Source: a virus | Lineage: Duplodnaviria; Caudoviricetes | Strand: one strand, 5' to 3' | Virus record (IMG/VR): IMGVR_UViG_3300033420_000004 | Span: 1 to 64,000 of that record | DNA: 64,000 nt | Shown: piece after piece, positions 26,616-36,055 of the stretch | Layout: each line of letters begins with the position of its first letter | Position numbering within the stretch: position 1 is the first letter of the stretch | The notes under the pieces: generated by a model | Database searches by the model: none | The model's input: the letters and a program-made list of their open reading frames with translations, nothing else | Told to the model about the DNA's origin: nothing | Translations under genes and position numbers: made by a program

Positions 26616-27401
26616 TTACATTTTTATCACTGGTTTGTCAATCAAAAATCCTTCCTCCACATACCCGTTGTTGTTCTTTTTGGAAACTCCTTTTCGGTTG
26701 GTGTATGAACCCTCCAAAATTTTATTGAAGTTGGACGGGTTAAAAATCCAATCTAGGTTGGCACACCATCCACGATCATTTTCTCCACACAGGAAATTAC
26801 TTTCGCTTGCTTTTTGGAGAACTTCTAAAACGGTTTCAAAACTATAATCATGAATTCTGGCGTTAATATGTTTGATTCTAATGGGTGTAAGTTTTGTTGC
26901 TTTTGGAAGTCTAGATTTATTATAGACGTTAAAAATTTTTTCAATTCTTCTTTTTTGGGAAATCGTTTCTTCTTTCTTTTCATTCTTTTCATTCTTTTCA
27001 TTCTTGTTTGTGTCCGTTTGGTATACCGTTTGCTGTCCGTTTGCTATATCGTTTGCGTTATCGTTTGCTGTATCACCTCCTTGATAATTTGAGTAGTTAA
27101 CTATTGATACTATGGAAGTTAGGTTCGATTTCTGCCATACTATTTGCCCTTCCGTTTCAAGTGTCAAAAACCATCTACGAACCTTACCATTTGACCAACG
27201 CCATCTTTTGCCCAAAGTACCTACATCGTAGCCTATTTCTCCCTTGTTTATTTCGACTAAAATTCCACGTTTATAGAAACTTTTTTTGGTATGATTTGCC
27301 AACATAAGAAGATCAACCCAAGCCATATTTCGGCAAAAAGGTTCAGAAAAATATTGGGGGTTATCCATTAATTTTCGATGTAATTTTATCCATCCTTCCA
27401 T
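26616..27401 (-). CDS. Phage replication initiator (replisome organiser)
   Basis: N-terminal GWIKLHRKL, winged-helix region, NKNEKNEK linker and C-terminal ANLDWIF domain; upstream of the loader. Confidence 0.8.
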   Translation of the reverse strand: MEGWIKLHRKLMDNPQYFSEPFCRNMAWVDLLMLANHTKKSFYKRGILVEINKGEIGYDVGTLGKRWRWSNGKVRRWFLTLETEGQIVWQKSNLTSIVSIVNYSNYQGGDTANDNANDIANGQQTVYQTDTNKNEKNEKNEKKEETISQKRRIEKIFNVYNKSRLPKATKLTPIRIKHINARIHDYSFETVLEVLQKASESNFLCGENDRGWCANLDWIFNPSNFNKILEGSYTNRKGVSKKNNNGYVEEGFLIDKPVIKM

Positions 27402-27422
27402 TATTTATACCTCCAAAAAAGA

Positions 27423-27491
27423 ACCCCCACGAAATAAAAAAGCACGTAGGAGAAGCGACTCAACCTTTCGTGCAATTTTACCCGTAGGGGC
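27423..27491 (-). terminator. Long hairpin with U-tract in the leader of the initiator gene (possible attenuator)
   Basis: Inner GCACG..AGG/CCT..CGTGC stem followed by TTTTTT on the minus strand; outer CCCCTACG/CGTGGGGG stem. Confidence 0.5.
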
Positions 27492-27555
27492 AATATTCTA
27501 ATAATAGTTAGTTTAACTTTCATATGTCGCTTTTTGAAGGATGTAAATGTACAAT

Positions 27556-28488
27556 TTATTTTTTGATAATTCCAAAATTAGAATCAAGTATTTGTTTAAC
27601 TAAATAGTCAGCCTCTGCCTGGCTCATGCTTCCTGGGTCTCCTTCGATATTTATCCTGAAAGCATCGACATTCCTGTTAACCAATTCACCGACCAACTCG
27701 TCCGCCTTTTTCCTAGCCTGAACCTCACCACCATCAAACACAACCGCCACTCTTTTAAATGCTTTGGCGATAACTCTTACTTGCTCATACTTGTATTCAA
27801 TACCAAAGGTGGCAGATGATGCGGGACCAAACCTCCAAACATCAGTAATTCCCTCCACAATAATTCCTGTAGAATGCCAAAGTTCCTGATTTGCGTACAG
27901 GATATGCTTGTGGTGAATTATTTCCCTGATTTTTGGGCATGCAAGGTATTTCAGTTTATGTTTTTTGGTTATGTCACGAGCTTGAAAGGTTACGATCTTT
28001 CCGTTCCAATGCACAGGTGCTAAAATTCTGTGTTTATAATCGGTCCCATCTAGCAGGCTTATTACATCTGTGGCTTTGAGTCCCCACAACTTTGTAAGTT
28101 TTTCAGGGTCGTAATTTCGTTCCCTGAGGTATTTGTTGTGTCTTTCCGTCAAATTGATAATTCCGGATGGAAACTTGAATTCCTTTTTTGATGCCTCGGG
28201 ATCCGTTTCTTTCTTCCTTGTGTGACGTATCGACCCACCATAGTTCAGAATAATATCCTTTGCCTGATCTTCAGAAACAGCAAGAACTTTCGAAATGGTT
28301 GATGGAATACTCGACCAACCATGTTTCCAACAGTAATAGTAGTTGGAGTCCATGTTGTATCCCATGTGAAAGTCGTTGGTTCCTTTACAGAACGGACAGT
28401 GTATCTGTACCCAGCCAGGTCGACAGTGTTTGTTGCCGTCCGTGGCGAAGGGTATAGAATAGTCACGATATAGTTCAAGGATTTTCAT
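27556..28488 (-). CDS. dnaG: DNA primase (zinc-binding domain plus TOPRIM)
   Basis: CPFC...YCWKHG, IIVEGITD and VFDGG. Confidence 0.85.
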   Translation of the reverse strand: MKILELYRDYSIPFATDGNKHCRPGWVQIHCPFCKGTNDFHMGYNMDSNYYYCWKHGWSSIPSTISKVLAVSEDQAKDIILNYGGSIRHTRKKETDPEASKKEFKFPSGIINLTERHNKYLRERNYDPEKLTKLWGLKATDVISLLDGTDYKHRILAPVHWNGKIVTFQARDITKKHKLKYLACPKIREIIHHKHILYANQELWHSTGIIVEGITDVWRFGPASSATFGIEYKYEQVRVIAKAFKRVAVVFDGGEVQARKKADELVGELVNRNVDAFRINIEGDPGSMSQAEADYLVKQILDSNFGIIKK

Positions 28489-28700
28489 TTCGATTCCATA
28501 AAAGGTATTTTCCTGTCAGGATGATGTATTTGATTATACTCCATTGCAGAAAGTATTTTATTAATTACTATTTGTTCACTTCTGTTAGCGGATTCAGCAA
28601 CCTTTCTACCAATTTTTTTATTAATAATGGCATGAGTTAATTGAATAGAGTATTCAATACTTTCATTAATGTTTGTAGGAATTTTTTGTAGTTTTTTCAT
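28485..28700 (-). CDS. Hypothetical protein (71 aa)
   Basis: ATGA-coupled, AT-rich; paired with 28697..29287. Confidence 0.55.
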   Translation of the reverse strand: MKKLQKIPTNINESIEYSIQLTHAIINKKIGRKVAESANRSEQIVINKILSAMEYNQIHHPDRKIPFMESK

Positions 28701-29287
28701 ACTTTTAATTTTTTAAGTTCTCGATTTTGTTTTACATTTTCACGCTTCCATATAATTAAAGATTCTGGAATATCTTGCCTATTAATATTAGGGTGGTATC
28801 TGATCAATAAACTTTTGATATAGGTGGGGTTTAATTCTTGCATATTTTTCCTCCTCCATTCTGTGGCAGCCTCTTTAATTCTTTCTTTATGGTTGTTTAA
28901 ATATTTTTTTGAATAGGCTGCACGCTGTTCTTTATTCTTAACATAATCAGTATGATGAATTTTTTTAATAATTTCTGGATTATTTTTACGGTACATCACA
29001 TGATATTCTTTCATTTTTTCTTTATTATCCTCTCTCCATTTTTTATCTTTCACTTTGATTTTTTCTTTATTATTTTCTCTCCATTTTTTACCAAGAGCTT
29101 TGATTTTTTCAGGATTATTTTTACGGTATTCAGCGTCCCATTTACTACATTTTTCTTTGTTATTCGCATACCATTTTTTAGCTTGTTCTCTTTTGCAGAA
29201 ATTACATACATGAATGTATTTTCTATAAGTTCTAAACTCAGTCAACTTCCTTTCCTCGCCACACTTACGGCATATTTTAGTTTCCAT
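28697..29287 (-). CDS. Zinc-finger and ~14-aa helical repeat protein (HNH-associated architecture, no nuclease motif)
   Basis: ICRKCG...CNFC followed by repeats such as KKWYANNKEK, YRKNNPEK and KKWRENNKEK. Confidence 0.65.
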   Translation of the reverse strand: METKICRKCGEERKLTEFRTYRKYIHVCNFCKREQAKKWYANNKEKCSKWDAEYRKNNPEKIKALGKKWRENNKEKIKVKDKKWREDNKEKMKEYHVMYRKNNPEIIKKIHHTDYVKNKEQRAAYSKKYLNNHKERIKEAATEWRRKNMQELNPTYIKSLLIRYHPNINRQDIPESLIIWKRENVKQNRELKKLKV

Positions 29288-29404
29288 TCGAATAGGTTTT
29301 AATGTTAATTTTTGATACTATTTTTCTTTTTTTGATATCAGGCACCTTGTCGCAGGACTCCATGATCCTTCGACAGGTTTCCTCTGCTGTGTAGAAAGGT
29401 ATTA

Positions 29405-29656
29405 CTAACTGCATAGCTCATATTCTAGCAGAAACAGGAATTCATTCCATCCCTTAGGATTTTCAATAATATTGAATTTTGAGTCAGGGAGTTCGAACCA
29501 TACACAATTCATCAGTATCCTAGCTTTGTCAATTTCACCACGGGAAACATGAAATTCTATATCCGACAACATAAATTTTCCAAAGTGTTCTATGATGAAC
29601 CAACTAAATGTTTCTTTGGTTTCATTAAACTGTTTAATCCATTCTTGTACGGTCAT
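29405..29656 (-). CDS. Hypothetical protein (83 aa)
   Basis: Protein-like ORF on the operon strand. Confidence 0.6.
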   Translation of the reverse strand: MTVQEWIKQFNETKETFSWFIIEHFGKFMLSDIEFHVSRGEIDKARILMNCVWFELPDSKFNIIENPKGWNEFLFLLEYELCS

Positions 29657-29661
29657 TTTCT

Positions 29662-29787
29662 TTATTTATTATAGTGAATAAATCGCTGGCACATTTTTTT
29701 GATTTCTGATTCTAGAAATCCCATGCCATCCTTGTTTACACGTTGAAAATTATTTCGTATAATTTTTTCAATTTCTGCTAGTGTCAT
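29662..29787 (-). CDS. Small ORF (41 aa) absent from the ORF track
   Basis: MTLAEIEKIIRNNFQRV...; ATGA overlap with the upstream stop. Confidence 0.45.
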   Translation of the reverse strand: MTLAEIEKIIRNNFQRVNKDGMGFLESEIKKMCQRFIHYNK

Positions 29788-30089
29788 GATTCTCGAGTTA
29801 TAAAGTTAGTGAATTTTTTCCTAGCATTTTTGATGTTAATAGCTATACAATAGTACAGCTTAGGGTCGTAGTTAACTCGGCTCCTAGTGTCAGGGTTTCC
29901 GTTTGTATCCACTGTCATTTGTTTAACCATTTTCACTTTCTTGATTTCTCCTGTTTCAGAGTTCCAAGACCACAGCGGTAAATTATGGATGTTCTTGATG
30001 GATTCAATTAGCTTGTATTCCTGCTTTACAGGTGTTACAATTTCTAATTGATCTTTTGTTTCGGGGTTGAAAAAGTTTTCTTTTGCCAT
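29784..30089 (-). CDS. Hypothetical protein (101 aa)
   Basis: Coupled ORF after the sigma factor. Confidence 0.6.
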   Translation of the reverse strand: MAKENFFNPETKDQLEIVTPVKQEYKLIESIKNIHNLPLWSWNSETGEIKKVKMVKQMTVDTNGNPDTRSRVNYDPKLYYCIAINIKNARKKFTNFITRES

Positions 30090-30093
30090 TTTC

Positions 30094-30600
30094 TTATTGT
30101 TGGGTGTGAATAATTAATGATCCGTACTCAGCTTCTTTGATAATTGCTGTAAGTTTTATGAATGCAGAGTTAATTTTTTTCTGTGACCACCCGTTTTTGT
30201 GCAGTTCTTTTCTGATCATGCCTCTAGCAGGACGGGGAGAGATATTAAAAAAGTCTACAGGGGATCCCAGAACAACAGAAATGATTTCCTTCATGTCAGA
30301 TGAAAAGCTATGTTCTTCAAATTCCGGGATGCTGTTTTGTAATTTCGAAAACTGTCTAGGCCCTAGGTCTGCTATTTCTATCGTATGAATCTCAGTTTTT
30401 TCTTTCCGCACGAATGATACGAGCCTGTTTCTTACAAAACTGTAAGCATAGGTGGTAAATTCGGCACCTCGGGTTGCATCATATGTCATTTCGGCTTCTA
30501 AATAAGCCAAACAGGCTTCTGAATACAATTCATCAAAGGAAATACCTGTGGTTTTGTTCAGGCTCCAAGCAATTTTTCTAATTAGGTTCTGATTTTTCAT
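30094..30600 (-). CDS. Phage-encoded sigma70-family factor (region 2 recognisable)
   Basis: LIRKIA...DELYSEACLAYLEA..TYDATRGAEFTTYAYSFVRNRL matches sigma70 region 2.1-2.4. Confidence 0.8.
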   Translation of the reverse strand: MKNQNLIRKIAWSLNKTTGISFDELYSEACLAYLEAEMTYDATRGAEFTTYAYSFVRNRLVSFVRKEKTEIHTIEIADLGPRQFSKLQNSIPEFEEHSFSSDMKEIISVVLGSPVDFFNISPRPARGMIRKELHKNGWSQKKINSAFIKLTAIIKEAEYGSLIIHTQQ

Positions 30601-30611
30601 AAAGATTGTTG

Positions 30612-30956
30612 TTATATAATTTCTCCAAAAAGGCTTTGTATGTATTCCAAGGACTCAGCATCATCATTTTCGATTCTTTCCCAAAATGTGATTGCTTTGT
30701 CAAGGCTTCCCTTGCTGTGTGGTTGTACTTCCTGTCTGCAGGGAATAATGTTTCCCCAATAATCGTATGTACGACATTCTGCGAGCATACAAATTCCATT
30801 TTCTAAACAGTTCATGGCAAATCTTCCTGAAGAACCTTCTCTTTTCCAAATTTGGCCTGAGTTAATACTTTCCTGAAGTTTGTCTACACCGTAGATTTTT
30901 TGCAGTTCTGAAATTCTCTCCAAAGAGATTCCATTAGTGTGAGTTGCGTTTCCCAT
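30612..30956 (-). CDS. Conserved hypothetical phage protein (114 aa)
   Basis: INSGQIW..EGSSGR.AM..LE.G.C.L...DYWGN motif. Confidence 0.6.
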   Translation of the reverse strand: MGNATHTNGISLERISELQKIYGVDKLQESINSGQIWKREGSSGRFAMNCLENGICMLAECRTYDYWGNIIPCRQEVQPHSKGSLDKAITFWERIENDDAESLEYIQSLFGEII

Positions 30957-30993
30957 TTTTTTAGGTTTTAATGAGGGTTTACAATTTACAAAA

Positions 30994-32631
30994 TTATTTT
31001 CTGTTTTCAGCGTAATATTTCTTCATTAATTCACTTAAAAGTGAATTTTCATCTGAATCTTTTCCATCGAGCACGGAGTCCAACACTTTCAGCTTCCTAT
31101 CTAGCATTTCTGCAATTTCTTCCTCAATCGTGTTGTAGGCAAGCAGATAATGAACTGTGACGTTATCTTTTTGTCCTATCCTGTGTACACGGTCGGAGGC
31201 CTGAGCCAATGCGCCAGGAGTCCAAGGAAGCTCCATAAAAGCTACATTACTTGATGCTGTAAGTGTAATTCCTACTCCTGCGGCCTGAATGTTTCCTACA
31301 AATAGTTTTACTTCAGGGTCGTTTTGGAATTTGTCCACAGCGATCTGTCTTTGAGCCTGTGAAACTGAGCCGTCGATTTTTACCGCCACATTTTGAAATT
31401 CTTCCATAATCCTTTCAATTGCTGTTTTGTGGGTGGCAAACAAAACCAGTTTTTCTCCTGTCATAAGGAAATCCTCAATCCAATTCAAAACCTGTTCCAT
31501 TTTTCCTTTTACAGCGGTTTGTTTCAGTCCCTCAATTTTACCAAGGCATTCTGCGGCTCCTGCTCTTTCTGCGGCTTCCATTCCTTTTTGTTCATACACC
31601 CAATCGATAAAATTGTTTTTTACAAATTCATATTCTTTCCTGTTGTCCAACATCATGGGTACAAAAGAGAATGTTTTTGGTGGCAATTCAGTAAGCACGT
31701 CCATTTTCTTCCTGCGAATCATAATGGATTCAACTAAAATTTTGTGCAATACTTCTGTGTTTGATGCTCCTGAAAAATCCCATCCTGATTTTCCCCAAGG
31801 TGTTTTCTTTGGGTTGCAGAACTTATGCGCAAAAGCAAATTCTGATGGAAATATGTTGGAATCGATCAGGTTGATGGCATTGTACATTTCAATAGGTCTG
31901 TTAACAATTGGAGTTCCTGACAGGCAGATAACATGCGAAACACCTTTGCAAATTCTTTTTACGGCCTTGGTTCTTCTTGTGGAATGTGATTTGATATAGT
32001 GACATTCGTCCAAGATAATTACCTGAGGTTTCAGGGCAATCAGGGTTTCTTCCCATGCCGCTAAAATATCATAATTGATAATGATAATTTCTCCAAAGAT
32101 GGGAACGATTTTGCTTCCTGTAAGCACCTGAGTTTTTGGGTTTGATATCCACATCTTTGCTTCTCTCTGCCAATTTATTTTCAGTGTCGCCGGGGTGATT
32201 ATGATTGCCTTTCTTTTTTCAGGATGTAATTGCAACCAAGACAGTGCCTGACAAGTTTTTCCAAGTCCCATTTCATCAGCAATAAGTGCTCTTCCATTTT
32301 TCTTTTCGATAAACGCCACACCAATGTTTTGGTAAGGGTAAAGATTTTTTCCAGTTGATGGAATGCTTATTGGACTTATGTTTTCTATTCTCATTTTTTC
32401 AGGCTCTTTTTTGTTGTCTGTGTCGATTTGAAATCCCCATCCCTGAAGTAGTTTTCTTGTTTCTTCGGTATTGGGAGCCGACCAAAATTTAACATTGTTT
32501 TCCCCGTGGTATTTTCTTTCGGGAATTGATTTTACGTTTTCTAAATCTTTGAAGTTAAACGGGAAGACTATTTTTAGATATTCTTCCCCGTTTACCCTCT
32601 TTTCTACTGTTGCCAGTTTTATTGTGGCCAT
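30994..32631 (-). CDS. SNF2-family (SMARCAL1/HARP-like) helicase
   Basis: DEMGLGKT, LDECH, SGTP, AAGVGITLT and QASDRVHRIGQ; N-terminal HARP-like segment. Confidence 0.9.
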   Translation of the reverse strand: MATIKLATVEKRVNGEEYLKIVFPFNFKDLENVKSIPERKYHGENNVKFWSAPNTEETRKLLQGWGFQIDTDNKKEPEKMRIENISPISIPSTGKNLYPYQNIGVAFIEKKNGRALIADEMGLGKTCQALSWLQLHPEKRKAIIITPATLKINWQREAKMWISNPKTQVLTGSKIVPIFGEIIIINYDILAAWEETLIALKPQVIILDECHYIKSHSTRRTKAVKRICKGVSHVICLSGTPIVNRPIEMYNAINLIDSNIFPSEFAFAHKFCNPKKTPWGKSGWDFSGASNTEVLHKILVESIMIRRKKMDVLTELPPKTFSFVPMMLDNRKEYEFVKNNFIDWVYEQKGMEAAERAGAAECLGKIEGLKQTAVKGKMEQVLNWIEDFLMTGEKLVLFATHKTAIERIMEEFQNVAVKIDGSVSQAQRQIAVDKFQNDPEVKLFVGNIQAAGVGITLTASSNVAFMELPWTPGALAQASDRVHRIGQKDNVTVHYLLAYNTIEEEIAEMLDRKLKVLDSVLDGKDSDENSLLSELMKKYYAENRK

Positions 32632-33224
32632 TCTGTTGAAAAATTAGTGGTATCAAATCGTTCTCCTTTGAATTCAACCACTTTGTCAGTTGCTTTGAAG
32701 AACATGTCCTTGGTGCTTCCGTATCCAAAATTCTTTCTGTAGGCTCTTGCATATGCATCATTCTTGCAGGCTCTGTAGGCATAAATGTCTCCCGGATTTT
32801 TGTGATAGTGGAACGAATAGATTGGTGTTCCTTCCTGAGAAATTCCTACAAAGGTGCTGAGGGTTGGTTCAAAGGTTGTAAGTTCACCATTCAAAGCTAA
32901 AAACACATTTTCAGGGGTAAGGCTGTCCACGGTTGAAAGTATTTTCTGAATTCTGTTCATTTCAGCTAAAACTGTTTTCATTTTGTGATGTGGCATGTGT
33001 TCCATGTTGTAGTTCATGGCATACCATTCATTTTCTTTCACAATAACGGTTCCATCATGAGATTTTAAGGGCGTTTCCAAGTTACACTGCCAAGTTAACG
33101 TCATAACAACACCTTTGTAGAAATTTTCGTTGGAAATTATCTGGAAATAAAGGTTTCCGTATTTGTTACTGTCAAAACTGTTTGTTGACTTTGCTCTGTA
33201 TACTCTGATTAATGTCTTTTTCAT
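32619..33224 (-). CDS. Early hypothetical protein (201 aa)
   Basis: Preceded by the ACATCAAAA leader. Confidence 0.65.
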   Translation of the reverse strand: MKKTLIRVYRAKSTNSFDSNKYGNLYFQIISNENFYKGVVMTLTWQCNLETPLKSHDGTVIVKENEWYAMNYNMEHMPHHKMKTVLAEMNRIQKILSTVDSLTPENVFLALNGELTTFEPTLSTFVGISQEGTPIYSFHYHKNPGDIYAYRACKNDAYARAYRKNFGYGSTKDMFFKATDKVVEFKGERFDTTNFSTEWPQ

Positions 33225-33249
33225 TTCAGTAGGTTTTTGATGTTAACAA

Positions 33250-33501
33250 TTATTTTATACCTGCAATTTTCTTCAATTCTGCTTTGATTTCCTTTGCTAC
33301 AGGACCTCTCCAAGTAGTTGCATTTCCAAGGAAGTAAATGATTATTGATTTTGCTGAATCATCCCAGTAAGAATCATCTGCGGTATTCAATTGTGACAGG
33401 GCATTCAGGTAAGGTACTGCTCCGAAATATACTTTTTTCCAGTCTTTGCGGATGTCCTGAGCGATCTTGTAAATTGGTCTGCTTGTGTTTTCTGTTTTCA
33501 T
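33250..33501 (-). CDS. Conserved small phage protein of unknown function (83 aa)
   Basis: RPIYKIAQDIRKDWKKVYFGAVPYL...YFLGNATTWRG motif, recalled as widespread in phages. Confidence 0.7.
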   Translation of the reverse strand: MKTENTSRPIYKIAQDIRKDWKKVYFGAVPYLNALSQLNTADDSYWDDSAKSIIIYFLGNATTWRGPVAKEIKAELKKIAGIK

Positions 33502-33652
33502 TTTTTTAAGTTTTTTTGATGTGGTTGATGAGATTGCAAATATATGTTTTTGTTTGTTTTGAGGGCGGGTTAACTTTTGATTTCCTGTTTTTGCTTTCAG
33601 TTTTAAGCTCCTTCAGGCATAATCCCTACCCTCATTTACAATTTTCTTTTGG

Positions 33653-34018
33653 CTAGAAGATGTAAACCTGTCCTCTGTATTTCAGCCAAATCAGGGAGTC
33701 CATATTGATGAATCTGTATTCCATCAGGTTCATATCGAACACGCTGAGAAGGTGTTTTTGAATTGGCTTAAATTTCAGGCCAACACCTTTCAATTCCTTT
33801 TTTACGGATGTACGGCAGTTGATAACTCTGTACTCTCCATTGGTCCTTTTTACAAATCCTGCGGAAAAAATAATTCCTGATTTTCTGATGTCGTGTACCA
33901 ATTCTAGCACGGTGCCGGGGGTCGCTTTTATCACAGGTTTTTCTGTTGAAACCTTGATGAATTGTACTTCTACTGCGTTGTTTACTCTGTTGCTGATTAC
34001 TACGATTTGTTTTCTCAT
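33653..34018 (-). CDS. WYL_2/SH3-like beta-barrel protein
   Basis: FSAGFVKRTNGEYRVINCR...VFDM...YRFIN. Confidence 0.55.
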   Translation of the reverse strand: MRKQIVVISNRVNNAVEVQFIKVSTEKPVIKATPGTVLELVHDIRKSGIIFSAGFVKRTNGEYRVINCRTSVKKELKGVGLKFKPIQKHLLSVFDMNLMEYRFINMDSLIWLKYRGQVYIF

Positions 34019-34049
34019 TTTAATAGGTTTTTGTGTGAATGATGAAGTG

Positions 34050-34080
34050 CAAATATATGTATTCTTTTTTTAACGTCAAA
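34050..34080 (-). promoter_or_regulatory. Bacteroidota-type primary-sigma promoter (early)
   Basis: TTTG(ACGTTAA)-N19-TATATTTG. Confidence 0.75.
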
Positions 34081-34104
34081 ATTTATTTTCTATTTTTTTC
34101 ATTT

Positions 34105-34269
34105 TTAATTCAGAGAAATGGGGTCCATGTAATTTCCGGGAAGTTGTGGTTCCCAAGGTTTTGGGTTGTTTTCCATGTCGAAAAGCACTATTCTGAAAAA
34201 AGTAACTTCATCAAGACATGCTATCGGTTGTATTTTTACTTTTTTGGCTAACATAAAAAATCTTTCCAT
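34105..34269 (-). CDS. Small ORF (54 aa) absent from the ORF track
   Basis: MERFFMLAKKVKIQPIACLDE...PISLN; fills the gap on the operon strand. Confidence 0.4.
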   Translation of the reverse strand: MERFFMLAKKVKIQPIACLDEVTFFRIVLFDMENNPKPWEPQLPGNYMDPISLN

Positions 34270-34290
34270 TTTGACTGGTTTTTGTTGGTT

Positions 34291-34812
34291 TTACTTGAGT
34301 TTTAGTAGTGCAATAAGGTTTCTCTGAAGGGATGGATTTGTTAAAATTTCAGATATGTTTTTTGTTTTTAACGGGCTGTTGTTAAGTTTGTGTGCATAGG
34401 TGTAAAAGTTGAATCCTGTTATCCTTGAGCTTCCCTCTGTTTGTCTTTCAAAAAGAGTTTCTATTCGAATGGGTACTTCATAACAAACGGAAGCCATTTC
34501 TGCATTTTTTGGCGCGAAGTATATTGCGGTTCCTTGTACCAATTCGCAAATAAGGGGAACATTTGCATTTCTGAAATCGGCATTAATTTCATCCACAGTG
34601 GTGTACAGGGATTCGTTAATAGCTTTTTTCATGGCGTTGTTGTGGATTTCAGTTTCTTTCATAAATGTGTTGATTCTGTTTCTTTCCACCACTAGTGCGG
34701 ATGGGTCAAAATGGGTAAACTCATTTTCGGTTTTTACTTCAGGATTGAGTTTTAGCAGGTTGTTTTTTACTTCTTCCAATAGAGCTAGTTGACTTTCGGT
34801 AAGTTTTTTCAT
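34291..34812 (-). CDS. Early hypothetical protein (173 aa)
   Basis: Preceded by the ACATCAAAA leader. Confidence 0.65.
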   Translation of the reverse strand: MKKLTESQLALLEEVKNNLLKLNPEVKTENEFTHFDPSALVVERNRINTFMKETEIHNNAMKKAINESLYTTVDEINADFRNANVPLICELVQGTAIYFAPKNAEMASVCYEVPIRIETLFERQTEGSSRITGFNFYTYAHKLNNSPLKTKNISEILTNPSLQRNLIALLKLK

Positions 34813-34846
34813 TTTTTTAAGTTTTTTGATGTTAATATTTGTTTTT

Positions 34847-35041
34847 TTATTTTATCCTTGTGATTTCATTTGCTGAATTCCTGAAAACATCACCAACACA
34901 GGATTCCCGAACGAATTTTTTTATTTTGTTTCCATCAAAATCGACCATATCATTTAGGGTTTTTGCTTGGCTGTTTTCCATTGTGCAGCTGTGTCCGCGT
35001 CCTGATAAATCCCTGTAGAAAAATTGTTTTTGTGTTTTCAT
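34847..35041 (-). CDS. Early hypothetical protein (64 aa)
   Basis: ATGA-coupled. Confidence 0.6.
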   Translation of the reverse strand: MKTQKQFFYRDLSGRGHSCTMENSQAKTLNDMVDFDGNKIKKFVRESCVGDVFRNSANEITRIK

Positions 35042-35304
35042 TTTTTGTATGTTTCAGGGTATAAAATTTCCATTGCTACTGTGTAAATATCTGTGGTTTC
35101 TGTGGCGAAAAATTCACATACTGTCCAACACTTTTCCATTAATGCGTTAAGATGTTTTCCCACAGGTACAGGTGTGTTTGAATATTCCGTAAAATCATCA
35201 TCAGGATGAAAAGTATAGTTTGCTTCTTTCAGGGCTGTGAAAAACACTTTTACTTTTTCTAGGCTGTTGATTTTTTCAGGGGTTAATGCTAAGATATTTT
35301 CCAT
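35038..35304 (-). CDS. Early hypothetical protein (88 aa)
   Basis: FHPDDDF motif; A-rich leader. Confidence 0.6.
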   Translation of the reverse strand: MENILALTPEKINSLEKVKVFFTALKEANYTFHPDDDFTEYSNTPVPVGKHLNALMEKCWTVCEFFATETTDIYTVAMEILYPETYKK

Positions 35305-35363
35305 TTTTTTATTTTTTTGAAATTTTCAGTTAAAGTCGATTTTTTATTTTTTGGTTTTTTTGT

Positions 35364-35386
35364 GCCCTGCAGAATGCCTGCAGGGC
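35364..35386. other. Intergenic hairpin GCCCTGCAG/CTGCAGGGC
   Basis: Perfect 9-bp inverted repeat; related hairpins at 36416-36441 and 37072-37103. Confidence 0.7.
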
Positions 35387-35394
35387 TGTTATTT

Positions 35395-35970
35395 TTAATT
35401 AAAAAGTTCTAGCAGTGCTTTTGCTTCTGATAACTGTTCTTCACTCATGAAAGGATTGTGTACGGTGTGTTGATACACTAATTCGTCTAGGCAATATTCA
35501 GGTAATTCATTTTTTGCTATCCAATCGCGGACCATTTGGTGTTTTTGCTCTTCAATTTCTTCTGCGTTTATTTCGAATTCTGCCACAAGTTCAAGATCTT
35601 TATTTTCACAGGCAAAAATACGGATTGCATTTTCTGAAATTTGGATTGTAACGCCATTTCGCATGGTGATCAAGTAATGATCATTTTTTTCCTCGCATTT
35701 TTCTACAAAATGCCCTTTTACTTCAGTTTCTTCTGTTACTTCACGGTTCCAAAGTGTTGATTCAGGATATTTGATATTGATATCGTGGCCTTCGTTTGTG
35801 ATATCTGCAAAGTTTATAACGCTGTTTTCATTTTTTACGTCATCATTAATTCCATAAGCTATGCACTCATTATTGATACCTAAATAGGTTTTGTTTGAGA
35901 AGATAAAATAGTCTACCATGCAGAATCCACCTGTTTGAGCTATTTCTTGGTAAGTGATTTTTGTTTTCAT
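35395..35970 (-). CDS. Early acidic hypothetical protein (191 aa)
   Basis: Downstream of the promoter at 36000-36030 and the leader motif. Confidence 0.65.
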   Translation of the reverse strand: MKTKITYQEIAQTGGFCMVDYFIFSNKTYLGINNECIAYGINDDVKNENSVINFADITNEGHDINIKYPESTLWNREVTEETEVKGHFVEKCEEKNDHYLITMRNGVTIQISENAIRIFACENKDLELVAEFEINAEEIEEQKHQMVRDWIAKNELPEYCLDELVYQHTVHNPFMSEEQLSEAKALLELFN

Positions 35971-35999
35971 TTTATTAGGTTTTTGATGTTTGATGGGTA

Positions 36000-36030
36000 C
36001 AAGGATATGTTTTTATTTATTAACGTCAAA
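36000..36030 (-). promoter_or_regulatory. Bacteroidota-type promoter (early)
   Basis: TTTG(ACGTTAA)-N19-TATCCTTG. Confidence 0.7.
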
Positions 36031-36055
36031 ATTTATTTACTGTTTTTTTATTTTT

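Noticed and set aside
29480-29500. GTTCGAA T-loop-like sequence suggesting a tRNA
   Set aside because: Lies inside ORF 29405..29656; no acceptor, D or anticodon arms found.
30617-30650. TTGGAATACAT resembling the phage promoter upstream box
   Set aside because: No GTATAAT at the 14-nt spacing.
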